DNA from: Phallusia mammillata | Taxonomy: Eukaryota | Length of the DNA: 64,000 bases | Assembly (NCBI GenBank): GCA_965637545.1 | Contig: OZ281497.1 | Coordinates: 21,638,001 to 21,702,000 of the forward strand | Direction of reading: 5' to 3' | The notes under the pieces: model-generated | Databases searched by the model: none | What the model was told of the DNA's origin: nothing | What the model saw: only the letters and a program-made list of their open reading frames with translations | Part shown: positions 13,201 to 23,000 of the stretch, in pieces | Numbering within the stretch: position 1 is the stretch's first letter | How the letters are laid out: each line of letters starts with the position of its first letter | Position numbers and translations under genes: made by a program

Positions 13201-13744
13201 CGCACTGAACGATAGTTCGATATAGCACAAGCATCTCAAAGTTTCAATATATTCTTTTAAATCAGTGGTTTATCATAACCTTGTAGATGCTCGTAACCTT
13301 TAGGACCTAAAGGTTTAGGTTTTCTTGATTACATTATTTTACCACTATGTCTCGTACATTCTGCCCTGTAAATCCAAATAGCAAACATTGAGGAGTGGGA
13401 AAAATAAAAAGTGGAAAGATACACAATTTAGGATAAGGCTAAATATGTAGTTTCGTAACCCAAGTACACCTACCCCTAATTTGAACGAACATCAAACAAA
13501 AAAAATTCTGAACAAGCCTCAGTTGGTTCGCGTCAAACCAAATTCTAATCTAAAGTTTTCCTGAAAAGTTTAGTATATCATACAACTTACCACCACCACT
13601 CTTGAAACATAGATAGGGAAATCGCCAAACATTTCCAAGTCCAATGGAACAACCCGCAGCAGTGAAAATGAAGTCCCAAGATTTTGCCCAAGTCTGTCGT
13701 TTGTACGGAGCATTGAAACTCTCCTGCTTTTCCATGTTACCCAT
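4256..13744 (-). CDS. SLC6 (NSS) Na+/Cl- dependent transporter, GABA/taurine/creatine-subfamily-like, 12 coding exons, 597 aa
   Basis: Exons (minus strand): 13744-13591, 10711-10580, 10248-9975, 9585-9453, 9227-9093, 8532-8429, 8192-8099, 7138-6995, 6509-6372, 5826-5620, 5156-4980, 4357-4256. All are GT-AG with matching phases and total 1794 nt. Hallmark motifs: [30 protein letters not shown]2 [45 protein letters not shown]. The last exon is the least certain. Confidence 0.93.
5289..5397 (+). mobile_element. Fragment of CAGAGTTG-family MITE (see 28891-29325)
   Basis: CAGAGTT..GCGGGCCTGAAATTGGAGCCCGAACCTGAAAGT..AAGCCCGAAGCC matches the 5' arm of 28891-29325. Confidence 0.55.
5938..6147. mobile_element. 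hAT-type MITE in an SLC6 intron
   Basis: TIRs CAGGGGTCGGTAAC / GTTGCCGAACACTG; 8-bp TSD ACCCAAGT / ACCTAAGT (7/8). Confidence 0.75.
6686..6910. mobile_element. Degenerate CAGAGTTG-family MITE
   Basis: Starts CAGAGTTGTAAATCGGGC and contains TCGGG/GGGCCGGG subterminal motifs. The right end is degenerate. Confidence 0.5.
10944..11010. repeat. Perfect tandem duplication, 34-bp period
   Basis: TATTAGGCGATTTATCACCGATGTAGCGAGTAT occurs twice (10944, 10978). Confidence 0.9.
12680..13162. mobile_element. hAT-type MITE, TAGAGATG family (CCGAAT subterminal repeats)
   Basis: TIRs TAGAGATGTACCGAAT / ATTCGGTACATCACTA (15/16); perfect 8-bp TSD ATAGTTAC. Confidence 0.9.
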
Positions 13745-15403
13745 GTCTGCAAGAATCAGTACTGGCAAGTTTTGTAGTCTTAATTAAGTGCTTTATGAAC
13801 TGGAAACTTATACAGCAAAGCTTTTTTCGCAAGGTGTCAGTTACAGCGTTTCTCACATTTTTTTCTTTTTTCGCGCTACACCAATTGTTTTTACGTCTAT
13901 TTATTTGATGCTCGCAATCGCAACAAACAAAATGCTTTACAATTATCACAAAGAAATCGTTTTGTAATAAAGAGCACAAAAAGCCTTCGCATTATCACAT
14001 AATCAAAGCTAAATCGCACAAAGTGAACTTACAGCTAAGGGTTTTTGTGCAGTTGAAAAAAAGTTCCATATGTCAATGACACTTCGCCAGTTGAAAAGTG
14101 AAAACCATATGCAACCACTTTTTACAGTTTGCACTTCCAGGAAAAACTGCTTCACTTTAAAAAAGACAATGCTTTGCTATAGACATGTAGGTAGTTGTCA
14201 ATTTTTTGGGCAACCCAATTTGAATGAAGTTAAAAAAAAACACGTACTTGCATGTCATATCACCGCTGAATCACCTTTTCACAGGCACATTCCTGCAGTC
14301 TGTTATGACATTACACTTACAGTGATCGGCAACCTTTTATTCGACCGTGCCGGTTCACTTGTTATTTTTACGTTGTAATGATTTCGATTTCCAACATTTT
14401 TTTGAGTAATAGTAGTTTGTGCAAGCTGATATCAATAATGAGAAGAATGCAGAGCGCTTTAGGCGTTTTTAAGTAAATGACATGGAAAAAAACAAGCGGT
14501 GTAACAAGTTAAATTAGTACTTCAACTGAAACGCATATTGGTTGGCGTGCCTTAAAAATCATGGTAATTCGCACACAAAGCAACCAGTGCGTGTAGTAGC
14601 CTACAGTACGAACTAATGATCAGCAGCAAGAAATGTGCAGTTAAGCTGTTTTAACTACAAGCTCTACTATGACTTTTTTCGCAACAAGTTTAACATGTTC
14701 GTAACCATCTAAAGACCACGATTTTAAGGTTGCAGTGCATCCAATAGGTGCATTACAACATCCAATGAGGTACATAGGGGCTCACCAACAAATTGCGTAA
14801 GTGTTGCAGTTTATGTATGAAAACATAAGCGTCGCTGTTTCAGTGTGTATTGTTTTCTTGAAAAATTCACTTCACCATCGTTTTTCTGGTTTCACATTTC
14901 CGTTGTACGCCTGCAAACCGATCAATGGCCACATGGCTGATATATCATTCACAAGGGTGGAAATGAGTTTTAAAAGATGCAAGAAACTAGAAAAAATGGA
15001 TAACACTGCCATAAGAAATCAACCTTCCGTAAACGAACAAAGAGATCGACGGCGAAATGTCAACTGTTGAAAGAGTTTTTTTCACGTTGTGCTGTTTGTG
15101 GACAGTCTAATTGTCTTTGATAATTGCCTTGTCAACAGATAAACGTGACTGATAGAGTGTGTCAAACAATGGTGCCACCCAACCCGAACCACTACATAAT
15201 TGGTATCTGCACCCAAAACGGTACACAATTCAGCAGCTTTGTTTGCGAGGCAAAATTTATTCCTCATGCCTTTTTTGAACTTTTTTCTAAGCTTGCAGCA
15301 CTTTAAAAAACTGCGTTACACTTTGCAGTACAAAAACGCGAAAGAAATTAAACGTAAAGTTTCATGTGATGGGTGAGACTTCTTAGGGGAGTATAGTGTA
15401 ACA

Positions 15404-15480
15404 CAGAGTTGTAAACGGGCCTGAAATTGGAGCCCAAATCTGTCCCGCATTCGAAAGTACAAACCCGAAACCCGGTCCTA
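15404..15480 (+). mobile_element. 5' fragment of CAGAGTTG-family MITE
   Basis: CAGAGTTGTAAACGGGCCTGAAATTGGAGCCC. Confidence 0.5.
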
Positions 15481-15543
15481 ACACATATAGTGACATATAG
15501 TTACACTGGGCAAAAACAGATATTTCGTGACACACTTGGACAC

Positions 15544-15753
15544 TAGTGATGCACCGAAGTTCCGGTGGGCCGAAATATTTCGATTAAATATGCGGTTTTG
15601 GTGATGCCGAATTAAAAAAAAAATTAAAACCGATCTTTTAGTTGTGTGAAATCAAAGCAGAAGATTTTATCAACAAATAATGATGAGAGATTACATTATT
15701 TTACAAAAGCCTGTTTTTTTTAACTTTTTTAGGGCGGGTTCGGTACATCACTT
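15544..15753. mobile_element. Degenerate TAGAGATG-family MITE
   Basis: Ends TAGTGATGCACCGAA / TTCGGTACATCACTT; no TSD retained. Confidence 0.55.
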
Positions 15754-16137
15754 ATTAAAACCTCTTACGGTGTAGGTGTGCCAGTGCCTCTATACAGTGC
15801 TTAAAAAGTAGTTTCAAATACCTTTTCAAATTTGGTTCAATATACTTGGTCTTCGTGTTTGTGGGATAGAATCACAATCATCGTTAAGAGCCAAACACAG
15901 TCAATCGTTTCTTATGATCGGAAAGTTTTACTAAACCATTTTGCAGCACTGCCCCTAGCCCACCAAACGAAGCAAAACGCATATACCTATTGGGTTGATC
16001 AATGACAACAGAGAAGGTAGTAATAATAAAGTGTTGTAGCTGATGCAATAGTCGTTTCAATCTGGGCTCAACAGCACAAATATTAAGGTTGCTTATAAAA
16101 AACAAAACGATTGTTTTGATTAACATTACTCATTAAG

Positions 16138-16448
16138 CAGTGGTTCTCAAACTTTTTACGCATGCGGCGCACCAACAAATTGCACTTTTTTGCGGCACAC
16201 TTTGCAGGACGACCAAACAAAAGTTGTCAAAAGAAAGTTAATTTGCAACTTTATTTGGGTGATTCAGAATGCTTTATAAATGACAGATAAGAAAAATTCG
16301 CTTTTAAACGCACGCCAGTATTTTGTCATCAGCTCCTAAAACACTAGACATTTTTTGCTCTTTGGAATCGCTAATGTTTCGCGGGACACTAGGAAACTTC
16401 TCACGGTGCCCTACTACTGTGTCGCGAGACACAGTTTGAGAATCACTA
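16138..16448. mobile_element. hAT-type MITE (CAGTGGTTCTCAAAC termini)
   Basis: CAGTGGTTCTCAAACT / AGTTTGAGAATCACTA inverted ends, with CATTAA flanking both sides. Confidence 0.65.
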
Positions 16449-17519
16449 CATTAATGACTAACCGGCTGTAACAAATTTCCATACAAATGACAATCGTCAT
16501 TTGATTGAATACCGGACCACAAAACAACGTCTGACCTAAACCGGTCTGTAGCACCCAAAGATTGCCGACGCAAAATCCAATGTCTAACCACATGTTTTAC
16601 ACTTTTCACGTAAACAATCCGACTAACTGACCGCATGTAAATCTTCTTCCGAAGTGCATTTGAATGCAAGTCTATCCGGGTTTTACACGCCTACTTGTGA
16701 CGAATGTTATATAAAATAGTATATTTTGAAAGTTGATGTTAATAGCGATTTCCACAGAAAGCAGAGCATATAGCCGAACACGTATCTAAAATGTTAACAG
16801 AGATTGAAATACATTTATCATGTCAAAGACTTGCCAAGGAATGTATATATGATATGCATGCCTAGACAATCAGTACCATCAAAAAGCATTTTTACAAGTT
16901 ATTCCGGAAATCGTAAAAAAGTGCAGAGGTAGGCATATTTTTAATGATAAGAATGACTTTGCCAGAGATCAGGCTTGTCACCCTTAAAATTAAACCTTTA
17001 AGCACAAATACATGATTTACTAAACATGAATAAACGTTGTCGGGCACATATGTGACCTGATGTAGCCTACCACTTCTTTATTATAGGAACGGAAAGGCAT
17101 TTAACTAATACTATTTTAATACAGGGCTTTTTTATGCATAAACTTGAACCGAACCTAGTAAAAAAAGACTTGTTCCGGTAAAAAACGAGGAATTTAAATA
17201 CTGGGGTTGAAAACGCTAATCTGGAACTTAATTTTGCATGTAAGTCAATGTCAAATTAAACAATGATAGCTTTCGTATTTATAACAAAAGAAACACCAAA
17301 TTTATGTTTTAAGTTGCTTGCTTATGGCACCAGTGTATTATCAAAAGTAATATATTTCTTCGATAAAAACAGCTGCCAACATCATTGTAGTGTTTACAAT
17401 TAGTAATATATGATCTCTATGTTAACAGTATATCACGTGACCGTATTGACCATGCCGTTTCGTTCTATGAGCGCGAGCAATAGCGAAAGCATATAAACTA
17501 ATCATCAGCCAGTTTAAAC

Positions 17520-17610
17520 TTTTTTCTGGGTTTTGACCCGAACGACGAATCCCGATCAGTTTTTGTTTTGTGTTTGTAAATGGGCCTGGCGCGCCTGACA
17601 GTCAAGTTCC
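17520..17610 (-). mobile_element. Diverged copy of the putative tRNA-derived SINE
   Basis: The minus strand reads GTCAGGCGCGCCAGGCCCATTTACAAACAC..GATCGGGATTCGTC, matching 63685-63740. Confidence 0.45.
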
Positions 17611-18734
17611 TGCCCGATGGGATGCCTAAATTCATATCGTCACGTACCTATAGTGTCCAACCGCCCAAATGCAAAAATAAGCCTTTACCTTTGACAGGTG
17701 GAAATCAACGCATTAACCTCAGGTGCAAGCGACCCTTGCAGACATGACTTTTCAACCATGTGTGAATGTACTTTACTGACTCAAGTCTATTGTACCTGAT
17801 GGCATATAGGCCCACAAGGAAATAAGGCCCACTACTCATATTTTTTGCAATACAAGATAAAATGTTTCCGTTTTAATCTAATTATAAAAGATAGGTATAC
17901 TTACAATGATTTACTAAGTTTTGGACCTGCAAGTTCTGTGTAAAATTTGTTCCGACCAATCCAAATTTATTAATTTATAAAAATGTGGTTACAAAAATAG
18001 AAAGGTTGTGTTCTCAAAGTTAAAACAGATTAAGATATCAGTAAGGGGGTCATTTTAGTTTAATTGCAGCATTATACATACTCAAAAGAAGAATTACTTC
18101 AAAAAAATTTATTGCGGTTTTGTTTGTCGTACATTGCTGGCAATAAGCCGCAACAAATTTTTATCATTTTCGAAAGTGTCTGTGTAGTAAAGGCGACTCG
18201 TTATGCACATATTTTTTTGCTTCTTTATAGAGAGATGGAAGTCCTGATAAGCAAAAGAATGTGATATTTGATTTAGTTTGTTTTGTGATTGACTGCAAAA
18301 GTCCTTACGGCCTCTTGGATGTTTACAATTGACCTCTAAACAATCATGCCAAATTTGACTTAAACCATTGATAGTTTTTTTTTTCAGTTATCGCAATAGT
18401 TTTTTAAGGAGCCTTTTTACCTACAGGAACCTTACTATTTGTTCAACGTTTAGGCTATGTTTGACCCCTCGTGTGTTTTTGTTGCTTGGTTGTTTTGCGA
18501 CCGTTTTTTGCTGAAATGCTATAATCTTTGTAGCTTTGCATCATCTTTTATGCTGTTCAAATAAAAAAGCAAGTACCATTACTTAGACGTGCTTCTCAAG
18601 ATATTTGTTTTAAATTGAAATAGGATAAACATACGTTTAAGATTAGGTGGCGAACTCGAAGACTGATCTGCCTTATAATTATTTTTTTTCTGTGTTTTTA
18701 TCTAACTTCTTGTTTAAACCAAGTTCCTACCCAG

Positions 18735-18900
18735 TTTTTTTGTGTTTTTTTTACAGGGTTCGAACCCAGGACACTCCCGGGGACGAATGCCGATCAGGAT
18801 TTTTTATGTCTATTTTTTTTTTTTTTTTTTTTTTCACGGGGTTCGAACCCAGGACTCTATGGGTCGCGGATTATATTTGTCACTACCCGCCCCCTAGTGG
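18735..18900 (-). mobile_element. Putative tRNA-derived SINE, dimeric arrangement
   Basis: Two CCTGGGTTCGAACCC B-box units, each followed by an A-run on the minus strand. 18750-18811 is near-identical to 63710-63775. Confidence 0.55.
18887..18900 (-). promoter_or_regulatory. CTCF-like motif (perfect core), inside a repeat
   Basis: The minus strand reads CCACTAGGGGGCGG, which fits CCASYAGRKGGCRS exactly. Confidence 0.4.
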
Positions 18901-18919
18901 AAGTTTAGAAAACATTATT

Positions 18920-19650
18920 TACTCCCTAGATAACGCAGCGTGCCATTCCTTCTTTTGTGAATCATTTCCTTGGTTCATTGCTTCCTGACTTGTTAGTTGT
19001 TACACAGTCGTGCACGTAGTCAGTGTTGGTCTAATAACGTTTGGTTATAGTGGCAAATTAGCACAGCAATATCTTTAAGAAAAGCTTAAGAAAGAGTATG
19101 CACGTCAGATAATTTAATGAAGATGCTTGTAATGCATAATGTGTGTTTTTTTTAAAGAAAGTGTCTTGTTTAATCTTTCACAGTTTCTGAGACGAATAAC
19201 ATTGAGATAGCAACATCGACTTGTATAGATCTCAAAGCTCAATGTAATGTAACAAAAAAAACTATAATTGTCTAGTGTATTTTAAAACATGTTTTCAAAA
19301 TATGACATTATTGATCGCAGCACGCAGACCCGCTGCCTGTTTTCTGTAATGAAATTGGAAATGACGCGATATGTAGGTCATTTCGTGTTTTCTTCGCCCT
19401 GTACACAGCAGCCTCCGTTAGGTTACTGCTACTGTTGACAGTTAAAAAACAGATTGGCTCGAGTCCGTCTACTTAGAAACTCGTGTGTTTATTTAATTCC
19501 GACGCAAATATTGACCACCAGTCTTTTCGATGCGATAACGTTTCCCGTTAAAACTATTCTGTCAATTTAGTAGTGGTAAAGCTGTTTAGTTGGGACCGTT
19601 GACCAGTCAAGCAATGAAATCCATTGTTGCTAAGTCAGGCACGTAAACAT
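18920..19650 (+). promoter_or_regulatory. Conserved non-coding block upstream of FUT-A (candidate promoter/enhancer)
   Basis: Co-linear islands shared with 46260-47100: TGGT(T/C)CATTGCTT, CAGTCGTGCA..TAGTCAG, TTATTGATCGCAGC, TACTGTTGACAG, AGATTGGCT (reverse CCAAT), TGCGATAACGTTTCC, GCTGTTTAGTTG. The regulatory role is inferred. Confidence 0.5.
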
Positions 19651-19656
19651 CTAAAA

Positions 19657-20072
19657 CAGGAGTGCACGACTTTTTCACTATTGATGACCACATCACAGGT
19701 TCAAATTTCAGCAACGACCGCCAAATGCCTTTAAGTTTTTTGTTTTAAATCACTGATGTAAAAAGTATATTATCACATAATTTCTTATCTACTGGGGCCT
19801 AAAAAGTCAAAATTTATTTGTAGAGGTAAACGACGTCGCCATCCATAGTATTGTTACGCTGTTTTTGCCCGTGGTTGATTTAGTTGTTTACACGCAACAT
19901 ATGTTTCCAGTCCCACAAAATCAGTGTAGAACAGACCAACAAAATGTCTAACAGAGAGGTTTGCATCAATTCACGGCAGCCCGTAAATTCGTCTTCACGG
20001 CCGCAGGTTGTGTAAATCGGGCGTTAACAGTGGAAGGGTATGTTACACAGTCAAAAGAGTTGAGAACTTCTA
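19657..20072. mobile_element. Degenerate hAT-type MITE cut by the duplication breakpoint in unit 2
   Basis: Ends CAGGAGTGCACGACTTTTT / AAAAGAGTTGAGAACTTCTA with an internal CGGCCGCAGG. Only the part from 19885 onward is present in unit 2. Confidence 0.45.
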
Positions 20073-23000
20073 CCGCATCTAAATGTGCTGTTTTCCTACA
20101 TATGGATCCATCTATGGACGTATAATGTGAGCATATAAACAGTCTTGCTCGTCGCCAGATGTCAAATTTCGTGAAATGTTTTTAGAGGTGACCACAATGC
20201 CGCACGATAAAGTTACATGCTTCCTGGTCCATTCCAGACGTTAACTAGGTAGAGACAAAAGTACACTGAGGTGTATCGATGTCCGATGTAGCGCAGACGA
20301 TTTTCCATTCACATACCGACCGACTGATGTAGCAAAAAACGCCAAGCTCTGAAAGGACTGAATAGGAAGTCAGTGACAGTTTATTGGTAAGATGAATTTG
20401 CAAACATGAGCAAAGCGTCCAGCAGCAAATCGACATGTGTGGCTTATAGAACTGCTATTTTACCGACTGGACTTGATTGTATGGGTTTACAGTGTGCAGA
20501 CCATAGTACTGATGATTATAGGTTTAGCTGAGTCACGAGAACCCTAATGCGCAGAACCTATAGAAAAAAAGAGGTCTTATGTCAGTTATGTAGAATGTTC
20601 AAATTGTTGCTTTGGTGACTAAAAAATAAAGTATGCTGCGTTTTTGGCTGTATTAATGTAAAGTGTTATGTATATGAGTGATATTTTCATTTGCACAGCA
20701 TTGAGCTATACGACTTGGTTTTCAGGCCTTTTGTTCTCATACCATAGTCAATATCACCAGTCTATTACGCTATAAGTAACTGATAAGTTGCAAGAAATAG
20801 TATTAGAACTCACCTATTATAAAGTATTGACGTAAACTAAAAAAAACTATTGTACAGTACGAACAGATCGCAAACTTTTGAACTGTTGTGAGTGAGTATA
20901 AATTTTAAAATCCGTTGAGTTTAGAAACTTTATTTTCATGCAATAAAAAATAAAAGCGGTGGCCTTAATAATTCAGGTATGCCAGCAGAACACGTACTGA
21001 CAGTGGCTCCCTTCCAGTGAAATAACACCTGTGATGGTGAAAAACTGAAGTTTAACCAAATATGCAGGGTATATTGTTGTAAGCATCATCTGACCCCACA
21101 GCAAATATATTATGAATGTGTCAATTAAAAGAACCTACTTTGTAGATAATTTTAGAAAAACATTTAAAGACACATATGTTCTGAGTTAAGCTAATCCTAT
21201 CAGTTTTTTGTTTCGATATAATTTGTCTATGAAGTGGTATACATCATTATGTGTTGTAATCCTAATTGCAAGCCGTGAATTAAGTTGGCAAAATTTGCCT
21301 GTTTTAAACTTTACGAAAGATAAAAGACAGAAAACGATTAGATTTAGTATTAAAAGAAACGTTGTACGGCGCAGTAAGACTATAGTAGTGCGTGGTAATA
21401 GATTTCCAAGAGCCCGGGGAAATATTCTCTATTTTAGGGCGCAAACATCCTCTGGTGTGTTAGGAATTGTTGATGAAACAGCGGCTTGTGTTACAACGTT
21501 TCAAAGCTTAATTTTTTCTAAATTTATCAAAAAAAGCGATCAAACTTACCACAATAAAGTTAAACTTTTGTTTACAACTTTTTGGTTGTTGTGCACGCAA
21601 AGTGTGCCGTGAAAGAAAAGTTTCGTTATTTAATGGGCCGCATGCTTTAAGAACCACTTGCTGTGCGCGGCTTTCGACTGTCACGCTTTACTTCACAAAA
21701 TTCGTGGCTTTTCAAAGAATAACTCCAGCGAAGAGATACCAAGCCAAAAAGTTAAACCGTTATAATAGCGAGAATTCGTAAGAGAGTTTAATTTTTATTT
21801 GTGGTGAAATAAATAAAGAAGGAGATTATGCCTTGTGAGAATCATAATTATTGGGAACTTGTATGTTGATGCTTTTACACGATTGGCAATGTGTCTTACT
21901 ACAGCTTATCATTATTATGGCCCCTAACCCCCTACGTTTGTAATATTGTGTATAAGCAAAAGCTAAAGACACAACAAATATGTAGTTGGCATATTATGGG
22001 TAGACCCATAAAAACACAACTAGTAGATAGTAGTATTGTTTGTTTGAAACATTTTGTTACAGAGTTTATTTCAGATGCTTCGACCTACTTTATGTTAGTA
22101 TCGCCAATGCGTGCCATATGTCTTAGGTAAACGATGTATTGTACTGATAGTAGCCACCAGCAAGTATAGCGTATTGTCATGTGATGTGGGCCTATTGTTG
22201 TGACAGTGCTGGAACCAGTTCGGGCATATTGTCATAACGTGTTGTGCACCAAACCCGAGTTAAACTTTTTTTGAATCAGCACAACACCGAACAAAAAGGA
22301 CAGATATTTTAGTGATCAAAGTTTAGTTACTAGTTTTACGCAGTGATGCGTCACATACCGCTAGTTTAATAGCAATGGGCAGAATGACTAAGAGCGGATG
22401 TTTGCTGTACCGATCGATTTATATTTTTTTGTTAATCACCACGGAAAGTCAGTTTGTAGAAGCACACACTGTTTGCATTCTAAAATACTTGTGGCAACAA
22501 GAAGCCGCGACAGGTTGTTGAAATCTTAGGCAGAAAAGGGAAAAAATCTCAGAGGCAGATTTAAGTCTTTTGAAAATTACATAAGAACTGCCGTGCTTCA
22601 TTCGTATATGCAATGACTGTGAACTGAGTGTTATCACAGTTTTAGAAACGCAATTTTGAGCCATAAAATAGAACAACTATACCAAAGCTGTTGCTGTCAG
22701 GCCTAACATCAACTTAAAAAAATAACAATTACCAGAAGAGCTCTATAAAGTTAATATAACAACCACTTTGCATGATTGGTTTAAGACAAAGTCCATTGGT
22801 TCTAGTTAAGTTTTACGCGTGGGATCTTTGCGAACATGTATAAGATTGTGTAAGTACAGATACAGCTCAGCCAATTAGTAGCTCAGAGTACTCGAAAACA
22901 CAACTTAATGTGTCTTCTAGTGCAGTGATTTTCAACCGGTGTTCCGTGAAAGACTGTCAGGTTCCTGCAGGAAGTTTGTTGGTTTGACTAGTAAGTAGGC

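Noticed and set aside
21208-21612. 134-aa ORF present in both duplicates (also 35167-35571)
   Set aside because: TTG start and no motif. Retention is explained by overall near-identity, and both differences are non-synonymous.
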